Origin: Gonapodya sp. JEL0774
Lineage: Eukaryota
Direction of reading: 5' to 3'
NCBI GenBank assembly: GCA_027604505.1
Contig: JADIIX010000009.1
Coordinates: forward strand, 1-64,000
DNA length: 64,000 bases
Shown here: positions 33,950 to 47,778 of the stretch, one piece after another
How the letters are laid out: the number at the start of each line of letters is the position of its first letter
Numbering within the stretch: the stretch's first letter is position 1
The notes under the pieces: model-generated
Databases searched by the model: none
What the model was told of the DNA's origin: nothing
What the model saw: the letters and a program-made list of their open reading frames with translations, nothing else
Position numbers and translations under genes: made by a program

Positions 33950-36900
33950 TTACTCCAATATTATGCTCGAAGACAATGACAAAAGCCCCGGCGATTGAGG
34001 GATATGTTGCATTACCGGCGACATTGAAACGTCCTTGTTCAACTCGTCCCCAAACTCCGCAAAGTCCGTAAGCATGAGAGTGTCAAGTGACAACCCCGTC
34101 ATCGGCCGCTTGGCTAAAGACTCTGGAGCTGCCGGCGCGAGGCCGATCCCAAGCGTTTGAAACTGCTCCTGGAGGTCAGTGTTGTTGCCATTCCCCAACA
34201 GCTCTGACGGGTTAGCCGGCTGCTCCTCCTGCATGACTGGCTCCGCAGGTGCGCTAGCCATCATTTCTTCCGCAGGTTGGTCGATGAGCTGGTGTTTGTT
34301 CAGTTGCAGCCACCACCCAAGTTCGATCTCCACCCAAGTGCATCGGGTTTTCGAGTCACGCCACCAAAAGCCCATCACCTTCAGTCCCAGACAAAGCACA
34401 TTAATTTGCCGCACGGTGTCGAAGATGGCCAGCACGGAACTTTCAGGCAAGGGACCTGAAGGAGAAGAACCCGGCCCTGCAGCGGCAGACCCGTGGCCTT
34501 GCGCCATGAAGAGGCCCGCGTAACGTAAAACCGCAAGCTGCACTAGCGCGGCATAGTAGATCGCAAACGCCGTCAGAGGCGACGGAGCCGGGTTCGGCCC
34601 GTTCTCCAAGTTCATGTTCGGATCGTTGATGAGCTCCAGCAGGGTAGGGTTCTGAGCAATGTACTGTTCCACCGCGTTCACGATATTGTTTGCGTGCTGC
34701 ACCGCTGCCTGGAACTTGGGCGTCGACAACCACGCCGTCACGTCCCTCTCTGGTGATCCTGATCCTGACCCAGACCCAGACCCAGACGCAACGCTGCTGG
34801 CACTACCGGTGGAGGTCGCCGATCGAGCGGCCGTGACGGGCAAGGGGGATCCTGCCCCAGACTCGTCGCCCAGCACGGCGATGGCGTTTGCGACCAGCTC
34901 GTCCATGCGGCTCCGGCGCGGGGTGTTCACGACGAGGTGGCAGAGGTTGTAGGCGGCGGATTTGTTGAGGATGAGGACAGGGGTGTTTGCAGAGGGGTAC
35001 TTGCGGTCCTCGTAGTACCACTGTAGGAGAGAGATGCTCAAGAGGTTACTGTTGGCGGCCGAGTGGATGGGGATGGCTGGGACGGTCCCGTTCCACGAGG
35101 ACTGCACAGACGCGGAGTCAGTGGCCTGCTTGCTCTTGGTTAACTGTATCATAAGAAAGAGCCGAGGGCGAAACGAAACGAAACGAAACCGATGAACGCC
35201 CCAATCAGCACGTGCGGTCCATCCATCCACGCCACCTTTTCAACCCACCCTATACAACATCTGATACAACCCCAGCACCCTATTCGACTCGGCTCTCATG
35301 ACCTCCCCACCCGCTTCCTCCTTGGCCGCCACGCCGTCCCACACCTGGTCCGCGACGGGGTACCCGGGGGCCTCTGCTTCCTCGTCAGAAATTTGGCTCG
35401 GCGTGTCCTCGACCATGGCCACCAGGCGTTCCATCTGGACGAGCGCCCACCACGCGCGCAGGGAAGATTGGTGGCGGATCCAGGTGGTCACCGAGGTGGA
35501 GGGGTCGGTGGGGTGGGCGGCGGGGGTAGGTGGTTGGTTGAGTTTGAGGGTGCGGGCCACCGAGACAGCGACGGAGACCAGGCGGGTGGCCACTGGGAGG
35601 AGGAAGGAGTGCAAGGTGGGTGGTGGTGGTGCCAGCGGCAAGGGGTGTGATGGGGGATGCGGTAAAGTAAAGATGGTCACAAAGTCAGTCCAAACCATCT
35701 CCCACGCAACTCCCCCCTCTCCACCAAACTCCTCCCCCTCCCCCTCCGCAACCCACTATTCCTCCTCGCGCCACTCTCCGACGTCGCCGTGTACAAAATC
35801 AGATGCAACACCGCCTGCACATGCGACAGGTCCGCCGGCTCGCTCCCCTTGAACAAGACCGGGGCCAACACGTCGCTGGCCAGATCCAACAACTGGTCTC
35901 CCACGGCCTCGCTGTGGACCGAGGCCGGGAGGAACCTGGTGGCCACGCACAGCATGGCCAGGAACAGGTGTGGGGGCAGGGTGTGCAGGTTGAGCGTGGG
36001 GAGGTGCAGAAGGGACAGGACCGGGTGCACGTTGAGGGCGTAGAGGGTGATGAGGCGGATTTGGACAGAGGGGGTTTGCCAGTTGGGGAGGTCGGTGGGG
36101 GGGTCGTGGAGGGCGAAGGGTTGGTGGGAGGACTGGGTGGGGAGTGGTGGGGGGCGGTCACGTGTCAAATACCACCCCCACCCCAACACACGCTCCCCCT
36201 CTCCTCACCTCATTCTCCCCCCCCGTCGGCAAGAACGCTTCGGTGTACTCCAAATACGGCGGCGGGGCGTTCACATCAATGTCAAACTCGGTCCCGCTCC
36301 TGTCCCCACCCACTCCCACACCTCCCCCGCCCATTCCCACAAACCCGCCGTCCCCTCCACCTCCCCCGTCCCCGTTCCCGCTTTCCCCGCCACCGCCCTC
36401 GCCCCCCTGCGCCGCACCGAACAGCGCCGCCTCCCTGGTACTCCAGTACTCGCCCAAGAACCCCGTAGCATACTCTGGCACGTCGTCTGGCGCCATGCCC
36501 ATACCCATACCCAGGGCATATGCCATGCCCATGTCCACGTCCATCCCCAGACCCATCCCCATGCCCATCCCGAACCCGTCGTCACCGTCCCCGTTCTCGT
36601 CGCCGTTCTCGTCCACCTCGGTGTCCCCTCCCCGGTGGCCGCTGCTGCCAGGCGGACGATGGGAATCGCCAGACCCAGACCCCGTCCCTGCACAGCCGGC
36701 CCGCTTCGCCCCGGCCCCGGCCTCGGCCTCCCCATCCCCGCCAACCTCCCCATCCCGCTCGCTCCGTGCGGCCCCCACGGCGCCAGCCCCCTGGAACGCC
36801 TCCTTGAACCCCTCCTTGATCGCGACGAGGACGGAACCCCTGGCGGCCGAGACTTCGCCCTTGAGTGCGCCAAAGGCGCCCACGAGGATGGAGGCAGAGG

Positions 36901-37703
36901 GGGGTTTGGAGGGAGTGGTGGTGGAGGTGGAGGGGATGTGGGTACGGATTGGGAGACTCGCGCGGGTCCCGTGCGAGGTCGGGTATGGTAGTTGGTTCGT
37001 CCAGGGCCACCCACAGAAAGGAAAACCCCTGGTGTCCCCGGCCAAGCTCGGAGATGTACAAATTTTTTCGAACCCCCGATTGTAGGATGATTGGGGTGGT
37101 CCAGGTCCATGTGTGCACCCACTGGGAAGTCGAGCTGTGGGAACACGTCACCTCGCCCACCGCCCCCGGCACCGCCACCAGGAGGCCCGACGAGACAGGC
37201 CCCAATCACGGACTCGTGGTAAGAGAGAGGATGGGGCCGATCCGGTGTGCTGGAAGGCGAGACTGTGTTGTGTTGTTCCCGGCAGGCTGTGGGAATTGCT
37301 CGGTTTGGGCAGCAGCAACCCGCCTGTCCCAACCCAGCCCGCCACGCCCACCACCCACCCCCCGGACAACTCACTCGCAAGCCCTGGTTATGCGCACTCT
37401 ATCTCTCTCCCTCTCCCTATCCCTCTCCCTCGCCCCTGCAGCTGACCCCGCCGGGTAAGCGGAGAGGTAGGCGTGTGCGTCTGTGGCGGGGTCAAAGTCA
37501 GCGTCTGAGTCGACATCGTTGTCGATGTCGTTGTCGATGTCTGTGTCGAACGAAGAGAGAGAGTTTGAGAGGTGGAGTGGGATTGGGAGTTGAGAGGAAG
37601 AGGAAGAGGAAGAGGAGGACGAGGAGGAAGAGGGGAAGAGGGAGGGGAGGGAGGAAGAGGAAGAAGGGGTTTTTGAGAGTCTTGGGCGTCTGAAGAATGA
37701 CAT
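33950..37703 (-). CDS. fungal-specific transcription factor domain protein (Zn2Cys6/MHR family-like); 5' end unresolved
   Basis: MHR-like motifs LYALNVHPVLSLLHLPT, LFLAMLCVATRF, VQAVLHLILY and SLRAWWALVQMER. A zinc-cluster lead-in RVRITRAC sits at about 37400-37378, followed by a GTGAGT donor. Confidence 0.7.
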
Positions 37704-39498
37704 TGGGATTGGGTGAGGAGTGGGGGGGGGTAAGTAAGGTGGGAGTGAGCGTTGGAGCGCAGTTTCCTGCTGCGGAACACTCGAGCTGCGGCAGACTGCG
37801 CGAGTGAACCGAGTGCGTGAGAGTGAGAGTGTCTGTGTGTGTTTGTAGGGGAGTGGGTGTGGTCGCCTCCTCGGCTGAATCCGTTGCTGGGTCCGCTGGC
37901 TCTGGCCTCTTCCCGCACCAACACCGGTGGGTTTGTTGTTGCCCTGCCAAAACTCAAAATGCCTCTTCCTATGGCCACCTCAACAATGAATATAGACTCA
38001 TCTCATCACACACGCTTTTTTCGGCTGAACTTTTTTTCCCTGATGTTTTCTTTATTCTTCCTTATATTCTCGGCCTAGTACTTGGCTACTCTGTCCTCTA
38101 TCGGTCTCCCGTGTCCTTGGCCTGCCTTCTCTTGCCCCAGCGCTGCTGACACCTGTTCTGCCCGTAATCAGTATTGTAGTCCTCATCCACGCCCAGCACT
38201 CGTAAATACATACACTTTGTGGTGGTGGCCGCGTCGTCGACACTCGACCGTGCGAAAACCCTCCCGTCCAACGGTCCATGTCCCCTTCTGCTACATATCG
38301 GACACCTCCGAGTCAACTTCACCAACCGTCTCATTACTGTGAAATGAACTGTGTCGTTGTTTGCGTGTGCGTCGAAGGTCTGTTATCGCATCGACATTGG
38401 TCTGTGCTCTATTTTTTCTTGAGTCCATGACCACACCAACACCATGCAAACAGTGATTACCGGTACTGGTTTCGCTTGGCGAGCTCCTTTGTCGTCGCTG
38501 TCGTGAACGGTGATTGCGAGCCTCCTCGTGCTTACTCTCACGTTCACATGATGTCATCTTTTCGCACCTCCCACCACCTCGATGCCAACAGTGACAAGAA
38601 AGCCCACAAATATCACTAACAAGGTGAAGTAATCAGTCGCCTATATTTATCTGCACTACTTTTAGTTTTCTATTTTTTGTACCTCGCTCGTGTAATACGC
38701 CCTCTGCTCCCCTTGCCCGATTCTGCCGAGCGCCCTCGTCCACCTCGTTGGCTGCGTCGGATCCCTCTCGTTTCGATTTACTATTACTGTGTCATACATA
38801 TAGTTAGCTCCATCCTAAATACATTAATTCTTCGCAGCTGTTCACTTTCTCGCATTGTTGTGCTTGCTGTGCTGATGAATGTCGTCAGATTGCTGGTGCA
38901 GACGGCACCAATCTGGGCATTGAGCTGAACGTCCGGGCTCCAGCAGCAAGAATTTTTCTTGATCTAGATTTTTGAGAATGTGAGCGGTAGTTGCATAAGT
39001 TTTGTGTTGCGAATTTGATGCAAAGAAAACACTCATCTTATCAAGGAGGACATCATCAACTCGCTCACCCCATCACGAGAGACGCTTCCATGTCTTTATC
39101 CCGAGTACCATACGCCGGAGCGAGAATTTACATTCATCACGAACGAGTTCCGTCTGTATCCTCGTGACAAACAAACCAACCTTCCACAACGACCACCATC
39201 CCCCTTTTCCAGCTCGACGACAAAATATACTCTTGTAATGAGAATATGAAAGAATATGCATCCACAAATGTGCGAAACAATGACCCAAGAGGAGATGAAC
39301 CAAAGTCCCACCCGGCACTTTGGGAGCCGCGGCAGAATTCGCAAGGGGGGGTCGCATTGCATTCCCCGAACCCAACCCGCACCAAACGACCGAGGAAGCA
39401 CAAAGCTCTGGATCGGCGGACACTGCTGAGAAGGAAGAAGCCAGAAAAGAAAAGAACTGCGGAGCGGCGGCGAAACCGGAGAAAAGCAGCGGTCTTGG

Positions 39499-42332
39499 TT
39501 GCATCGTGCTGCGTTCCAGATTCCCCCGAGGCCCGGCAGCATCAGGAGGACCCGCGCGCTCACTCCACATCCCAACCGACCCCTCATCGGGAAACCCAAA
39601 TCGCACTCGACTCGCTCCACAACGCATCGAGTCGTCCCCTGCTCCCCTTCCCCTTCCCCCTGGCCCGCCCCCCCCCCCCGCCCCCCCACCGGGGCGGGCC
39701 GCGGGCCGCGCGCCCGCCCCCCCCACCCGACCCCCCCCGCCCCCAGACTCCCCTTCCCCTCCCCCTCCCCCTTCCCCCAACCTATGGCCGCCGCCCCCCT
39801 CCTTCCTTCCCACTCCCAACTCCCCCACCAGCCTCCTTCAACCCGCATGCTCCCCCTTCCCATCCCCAGGCACCGCTCAATCGACCCCGCAATATACGCC
39901 CTGCTCTCGTCCGCGCCTGGCTCAGAGTCCAGCAGGCGCATCTCAGAACTCCTGCAGTCCAAGTTGAGGTTCAATCAGCAGTCCGGGAGGTTCGAGCAGG
40001 TCGTGGGCGATGGGGAGGGGGTCGGGGTCGGGTTCGGCGGGACTGCAAGGGGTGTGGGTGTGGGTGGAGGCACCACGACCACCGCGGCCAACACGAGCAC
40101 AACTGGCACAACTGGGCCCGCGAGGAGTGCCACCACCGGCACCAGCACCTCTGCCACCAACGGCTCCATCACCCCTCGCACAACCACACCCACCACCCTC
40201 CGCCCCGCCAACCCCCCTCTCCCCCCCCGCTCTCCCACGTACCCTTACCACTCCCTCTCCCCCTCCTCCCACGCCCACGCCCACCCGCCCTCCCCCTCAG
40301 ACACCCTCCTCACCCCGTCCCGCCTCTCCCTCTCGGACGACGCGCCACCCCCGTACTCGGAACTCGAGATCCAGGAGGGCGGGGGCATCCCGCTGGGCGT
40401 CCCGGTGCCCACGCCCGCTCCGTCCCACGTTCAGAACCCATTCTTCTCCATGAGGGAACCCCCGTTGAGAAACATGGTGCTGCAGAGTAGGGCCGAGGCG
40501 GCGCATGGACATGGGATGGGAATGGGGGGGAGTGGGGGCGGTGGGAGTGGGAGTGGCAGTGCCGGTGCGAGTCGGGCAGGAGACCCGGGCACAGGAACGG
40601 GAACGGGAACGGGCACCTCGTTGTCCTCGTCCTCCTCACGCAACCCCCAGACTTCGTACCACCCCACGAACCCCTTCGCACTCCCCACCCAGAACCACAC
40701 CTACAACCCGTCCGCCAACCCACCGTACCCGTACCCCTACCCTTACTCCTCCTACCCCTACCCTCACCCCTCCTCCTCCCCGTCCCCATCCCCGTACGCT
40801 TACCCAGGCGACTTGTCCGACCAGGCCGCCTTCCTCCACCCCGCGTCGGCATCCTACCCATCGCACACTGAATACGACAGGGACAGGGACTCAGCCCACC
40901 CGTCGCCGGCGCAATCACCGTCCCCCTCCCCGCAACCCCGCCCGTCCCGACAACGCCGCGCACACGCCCACCGCCCGTCCATCCCCCCCGCGCCGGGCCA
41001 AGGGGTCGGCGGGTCGGGCTCGGGCTCCGGGTCCCCGTCGACATCCTCGCCCCCGCTCCCCCGCCGGCCCGGGCACACACCACCATCCTCGTCCTCCTCC
41101 CACCCGTCCTCCTCCTCCACCTCCTCCACCCCCCCGCACACACATGCGGGCAAACCCCGACCGCCATGGTACCTCGCCCCCCTCCGCCCGCGCCTCTGGC
41201 TGGTCCTCGTGTACACCCTCCTGGTCGACCTTCCGCTTTCCTTGTTCGCCCTGGCCTGGGTCCTCTCCACCCTCGTGGTCTCGGTCGTGCTCATGATCGT
41301 CCCCTTTGTGGGCGTCCCCGTGGGGTTGGCCGTCGCCGTTTCGTGGCGTGCCTTGGCAAAGGCCGATCTGTACATGTTGGACACCGTGGTGGGGGGCGAG
41401 TGGGGGGGCAGGGGTGTGGGCGGTGGCCGGACAGGCGGGGCTTCCACCATGTCCTCGTCCTCGTCATCCCACCCGCCCTCCCCGCCTCTCTCCCCACACA
41501 CACCGCCCACCACCACGCCCCCCTCGGTCTCGCAGCCCCCGACCAACATCCACCGCCCCACCACCCGCAGACAACCCCGCCACCTGCCCACCATCATCGT
41601 GTCCCCACGTCGATCCGCGTCGCTCGAACTCGCAATTCATAGGGGGAGCACCAGGGGGTTGGTCCTCGCCGCGGTGGGCGGCTTGGCGTCCTCGGCGGCG
41701 GGGGCCGGCGGCGGGGCAGGGACAGGGACAGGGACGGGGACGGGGACGGGCGCGTCGAGCGGGCTGGCCAACGCTGTGCTGGTGGGAGATGGAGGCGGCG
41801 GCGGCGTGGGTGTGTCTTCCTCCGCCTCAGCCTCGGCCTCGGCCTCGTACGTGATGGACGTGGACTCGTCGACGCACGCCATCTTTGACGAGTCCGCGGC
41901 CCTCCCCCGGGCGCCGCTCAAACCTGCAGGTGTCGTGGCCGGGTGCTGTGTCAGCTTTACGGCAATGTGGGGCGATAGAGGGACGTGGGGGGCCGTGGCG
42001 TATTTTTTGTTCTTCAAGGTACGTACGTGGGGTGTGTGGGTAGTGGTGACATGAATAGGTGGCCCTAACCAAGCGGAACACAAAATCTAACCCGTTTCGT
42101 CGCTCTTAACCACCGCTCGCAGCTCTTCCTCTCCATCTTCACTTCCGTCTCCGCCCTTCTCAGCCTTGTCCTCTTCCTCCCCTGCTACGCGTGCTGCATC
42201 ACCCCTCTCCTGTTCATCTCCCTGGACGCGTTGGCCTCGGCCGAACTGAAGATGGCGTGGTCCTTGATAGGGGGGAGGGAGGGGATGGGGGATAATGTTA
42301 GCGTCAGCGATTTGGGGTGGGAAGGGGGTTGA
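39499..42332 (+). CDS. P/S/G-rich protein with PY motif and a C-terminal putative-sensor-like (PF13796-like) membrane domain; start uncertain
   Basis: APPPYSE motif. TM block RLWLVLVYTLLVDLPLSLFALAWVLSTLVVSVVLMIVPFVGVPVGLAVAVSWRALAKADL, then MWGDRGTWGAVAYFLFFK, spliced to LFLSIFTSVSALLSLVLFLP. Stop TGA 42330-42332. Confidence 0.65.
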
Positions 42333-43585
42333 ACGTGAACCGGGGTCGGGTGGGGTGGTGGGTGGTGGAGGTGGGCTGCGGTGGAAGGGTTTGAATTTGA
42401 GTTGTTCTTGCTTTTGATGATGGTTTGGTGGGGTGTGCTCTGTGGTGTGTGGAGGATTCGTGCGGACTGGTCGTGGTATGTGGGCGCGTGTGCTTTTCCC
42501 TTCGCCAGTTGTATTATGAAGGAAAAGTTTGCTTGTTTCTCTGTGTTCGCTTTGCTTCTTTTGCTTTGTCGATTCCTATGTGGTTTGGTGGTTGTATTAG
42601 TAGGTTGTAGTGTGCTCGAGTGGGTGTGGCGAAGTGTACGTTTTAGCACAAGGTAAAAGGATCGTATTTTTCACACGAAATGATACAGAAATAGCGAATA
42701 TACGTAGTTGATCAGATGCTCAATGACCACCGAATCAGGGCCAAGATCACGTGCATGGCGGGGACGGTTTTGATGAGTCCATGGTATCGGTGTACACTGA
42801 ACCTCCGCAGACAGGGTGTTCCCGGGCGGAGTCTGGATAATAAAGGCGGAGCGGGAAAGCGACGATAAAAGCAATCCAGCAAAAATATCTTTCCGTGTGC
42901 TCATACGATGTTTATATCACTTTGCCTTTGTAACTGCACATTGGGGACCCACTACCCTCACTGATACTCCTCTTTCGAGGCGAGAATAGAAAAGCTCCTT
43001 GATAAAGATGCCGACGCTATAATGCATGGACTCGTTGAAAGGGAAGGGAGAGGAGAGGAAGGAGGACAGGGGGAGAGATGTTCCGGTCCCAACTGTCGAG
43101 GGCCGGCGGTAAGAAACTCGACTATTCTATTAAATGAGATGTGACAAGCTCCAGAGAATTGGCGGTGGTGCTCGTTGTAATATAATATGTTGTGGAGAAC
43201 ACATCTGACGTGATGAGTCAGCGTCCAGTCAGCGAGGATATGTGTGCTGGCACATATCCAAATATCTGGAGCCAGAAAAGAAACAAAAACACGGAGCCAC
43301 GCCATCATTTTTCAGTTGAATACCACGGAGAACGCAGACTTTGTCTTTATGTTCTGAGGATCGTTTGGGTTGGTTGGTTTGTTGTTGGTGACCTTCACAA
43401 GTAATAATATATTTGGGAACAGATCAAAGTTTATGGAGGTTCACAGGCACCGCCTGATAAAGAGGGACATCCACATAAAAAGACCATTTTGGTAGACGCC
43501 AGCGCAATCACCAATTTCCCTAGTCTATTCCTTGCAGTATTCTTTTCCGCCACCAATCTAGCGTTCACCCTCCTTCTCCACCGAC

Positions 43586-46290
43586 ATGAGCCGAAACTCA
43601 ATAGAGTTACCCCACAACGCCGCCGTCTCTACCTCCATCCTCGCCGGAGCATTTCCACTCGAAAGCTCCAGCGTTGGCACCCTCCAGCAGTACCCTCGAG
43701 TTTCGGATGTGAAGCAAAGCGATGTTGTTCCGGCTGCCTCGACGACGGAGTCGGCAACTGCTTCTTCGAGCAACGGGGGGCATGTTGCTCTGAAGATGGA
43801 CGAATTTGGTAAAAAGGTGAGCGCGAAGGATGTCGAACAAAATAGAATGGAAAGCGCTGGATGCTTGAAGTCATGTTGGCCGTCATCTTCTCCAAATCAA
43901 GTTCTCATATTTTTTTCTACTTTTGATCTGAACCCAACATTCAGGTGGAAGTCACCAACCACCTCACGTGGGAAAATCTGCAATGCTCGGCACCCTCTGG
44001 AAAAGTACTTCTGAGTGGGGTTTCTGGTTACGTCCGCAGTGGTGAAATGCTCGCTGTCATGGGGCCGTCGGGCGCGGGAAAGTCTACTTTTCTGGACATC
44101 CTCGCCAACAGGACCAGGCTTTCACACGACGGAACGGTGTGTTGCTTTTGAAGTTTCTCTAATCCTTCGAAACCTCCAATAGTCTCTCCTGTCGACCATG
44201 CCATGTAGATCCTGGTCAATGGAACCGACATGTTCCGAATGAAAGATTTGAGCTCTTACTGCGAGCAAGATGACGCCCTTTTGAGTACTCTGACGGTATC
44301 CGAGACGTTCTACTACGCCGCAAAACTCAGTCTCCCATCGTCGATATCGAGCGATGAGATTACTCGGTTGGTGGATGAGACGATCCAACAACTAGGTCTT
44401 CAAAAAGCTCGCGACAACCTCATCGGGAACCCAATCCAAAAGGGCATCAGGTACGTGCGAGCTTTGAATTTATGAAGCTCAGGCATGTTCAATCTCACAT
44501 CAAAATCTGATTTCTGCTTTCGCGCTCTACCAGTGGCGGCCAAAAGAGGAGAGTCACTATCGGGACTGCGCTGCTGACTCGACCAGTCATTTTGTATCTC
44601 GACGAACCTACGTCGGGATTGGATTCAAGTACCACGCTACAGATTGTGAAGATGCGTGAGTCACAACGGCTCATCTCATATACTTCTGACAACGTGTAGT
44701 GAATGTTTTCGCTTCTGGTCTAGTTCGTGACCTCGCGATCTCCCGAAACATTATCATCGTGGCAACAATCCATCAACCATCATACGAGACATTCTCTCAA
44801 TTCGATCGCCTGCTTCTTTTGGCCGAGGGCAAGACGGTCTACTTTGGCTCGACTTCCAACGTGTTTTCCTTCTGCGACGAGCTCGGCAAGCCCGTCCCCG
44901 CACACTCCAACCCTGCGGACCACCTTCTCGACCTCGTCAACCCAGACTTCTCGCAGGGAGGCTCCGATGACCCGGCGGCTCAACTCATCCGCTCGTGGGA
45001 AACCGGTGCTGGACGAAGCAAGCTCGCCAGCGAAGTTGCTTACATTGCACACGACACTTCAGGAGACACAATCGCTCGAAAGGGAGTCACTGGATCTTCG
45101 CTCTACAAGACATACTTGCTGATGGGAAGAGCTCTTCTGAACTACCGACGCAGTCTCATTGCGTACGGTGTACGACTGGCTATGTATCGTGAGTTGGCCT
45201 AAGCTGGTGGTATTGCAGAATTGCATACTCAACGTTCGATCTCCTTGACTATGCTAGTCGGGATGGGAATGATGCTGGCTCTCATTTGGATCAACCTGGG
45301 CAACGAGCAAGAGAAGATCAACGATCGCATTTCAGTTCACTTTTTCTCCGTTGCATTCCTTGGATTTATGAGTGTAAGTTGTAAACCAAAGAGTCCACAT
45401 TGTTCACTCCGGCAAGCAGAGCTCCTTTTACCCCAACAGGTAGCAGGCATACCTTCGTTCCTCGAGGAACGGTCCGTTTACTTGCGAGAGACTCACAGTG
45501 GCTTGTATGGTCCAGGAGCATGTGAGTTCACAAAACGCTTGGAGGAACTGAGCAGGAACTGATCTATTATCTGTGTTACTCGCATCCAGATACTCTTGCG
45601 AACTCCATCGTCAACATCCCTTTCCTCTTCATTTGCTCTCTGGGTTTCTCAATTCTATGTTACTGGTCAATCGGTCTCCACCCAGGTGCAGGCAACTTCT
45701 TCCAGTTCGTATTCTACCTGTTTCTCGGTGTCTACGCAGCCGAAAGCCAGAGCGTCCTTGTCGCGGCTGCATTCCCAATCTTCGTCGCTGCGTTGGCTCT
45801 GGCGTCTTTCGCGAATGGTTTCTGGATGTGTGTTCAAGGATACTTTATCCGAAACCTGCCAGCCTTTTGGCACTACTCGTTCCACTACATGGATTTCCAG
45901 GTTTGTGAATGTTCTTACCATGACACATGAGTACATTCGCTTCAACGCCCGTGGTTTATAGACCTACAGCTTTCAGCTTCTGATGAACACTGATCTAAGA
46001 GACACACTTTGGAATTGTCCGAAGAACCCCAATGGAGACTGCCAATGCTTCTACTACAATAAAATGCAGGATGCGGGAATCTGTCAGTTCACGGGTGACG
46101 ACGCCCTCAAGGTAAGTTACCGATCTGGCTGCATTCAATCAATTCGAGAATCTTACAAGTTCTCGTTGTGCAACAGAGTTTGGGCATCTATGACATCAAC
46201 TACACCGCTTGGATCTTCATTCTGATCGGCATCTCTCTTATCTTACGATTTGCCCTTTACGGCGTTCTCGTGTGGAAAGCGCGTCGTTAA
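43586..46290 (+). CDS. ABCG (White-like) half-size ABC transporter
   Basis: Walker [16 protein letters not shown], signature [27 protein letters not shown] and NPADH. ABC2 membrane domain ([11 protein letters not shown]). Stop TAA 46288-46290. Confidence 0.95.
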
Positions 46291-46382
46291 TTGCCCCTCA
46301 CCCTCGCAACTCACACCAGAATTTTCATCGTATTAATCATGTACACACGCTTCCTTTTCATTTGTCTCGAGTTAGAGGTAAT

Positions 46383-47778
46383 TTAAATAAACATATGATC
46401 CTGAATCTCCGTCTCCATAGCCCACCCCTCGTCCACATCCCCCATCAACATTAAAGCCGTCAAGTCATCTGGAGTGACAATACCGTCCTCCCGGAGAGCC
46501 TTGTGTGCTTTCTCGGCAGATAACGTCCCAGAGCTGACCTCCAGATGTGCTAAAGTCCCAGAACTGACCTCCAGAACATGAGCGGGCGACGACCTTTCGT
46601 CATCCTTCCTGGTCGTAGTCGTGTCCCCTGCCATTGCCTCCGCTTCCACCTCTCTCATCGCCTCCTCATCAGCCAGCATGGCTGCGTCCTCCTCTTCCTC
46701 CCTTCTCCGGCGCTCCCTCTCTTCTGCTTCCCTCGCCGCCTTCCGCACTTCTAATTTCTCCAAGGCTCGCCGTCGATTCTCCTCAATTTTTGCAAGTGCG
46801 GTGGGAGAAAGAGGAGGAAGAGGACCAGACTGTATGATGGGTGTGGAAGGTGGACGGTTTTCATCTTGCAAATCTGGAAAAGTTGACGACTGTTTGAGAA
46901 GACTGTTTGAAGCGATTCAAAGCACGAAACCAAACCTTGAACCAGGCCGTCGTCAAAATCATCTGCAGGAAAGGCGAGTGCATCGCCATTTTCGTTCGGC
47001 TGCTTCCCTTCCTGGCCCTCCTGCTCCCCTTCAAAAAGCTCCCCGCGCAATTTACGACGCTCGAACTTCCGCCATTCCTCCGCGTGTACCTGTTGTTGGA
47101 AGTCGATTCAGTACGCTCTGTCCGCACTCGCAAGTAAGATCTCAGCGACTTACGCACCTTCATTCTCCTCTCGTGGCACACCTTCTCAATCCTCTCTGCA
47201 GCGTCAGCGAAGGTGAACTTGGGATAGAGACCATGGGCCCATATTTGATAGAAGTCCATTAAGCGGGAGAGGTCACGAATGGCATCTTCATCCTTTTGTG
47301 GAGAGAATCGACGGTAACATGCATTTACTAACGAAAGGAGTGTTGCGAAGCTATCTATCTATCTACCTTGCTGTATTTAGCCTTGAACTTCATTTTGTCG
47401 ACATCTGCTCGCAGTTTAGGAAACCCCTTGGCCGAGAGCAAACTGGAAGGGCATTACATAAGTATCGTTGGTGTATTCAGTTTTGGGACAAGATTGTTAA
47501 GACCCCAGAACACATCCATGAAATGTCGTCGGCGCAACTCTCACGCACAGTTCCGCGTCCAGCTTCGGTGCTGGCTCTCTCGGTTTCTTTTTTTTCTTTT
47601 CTTCGAGCGTTTTGCCATCGGGCGCACCAAGATCCGTTAGTGGATTGAAAATCTGTGATGATATCCCCAGGTCTGCCAAGTTGCGATTCGAGCTCAAGCC
47701 CCGGCCAGGAGAGGCAGGCATACGGCTGACACTGTCACGAGTATCTGTCGGTGCAGGTTCGTCCCAAGAGAAGTCCAT
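46383..47778 (-). CDS. CSM3: replication fork protection complex subunit Csm3/Swi3/Tipin
   Basis: KKPREPAPKLDAEL, KGFPKLR and DLSRLMDFYQIWAHGLYPKFTFADAAERIEKVCH. Also the Tipin-like IEENRRRALEK motif. Confidence 0.88.

Noticed and set aside
20900..42600. Dozens of long overlapping P/G/R-rich ORFs on both strands
   Set aside because: Expected shadow ORFs in GC-rich, low-complexity DNA, with no family motifs.
46520..46582. 30-bp tandem duplication (LEVSSGTL twice) in the CSM3 tail
   Set aside because: Small slippage event in a disordered region, with no sign of function.
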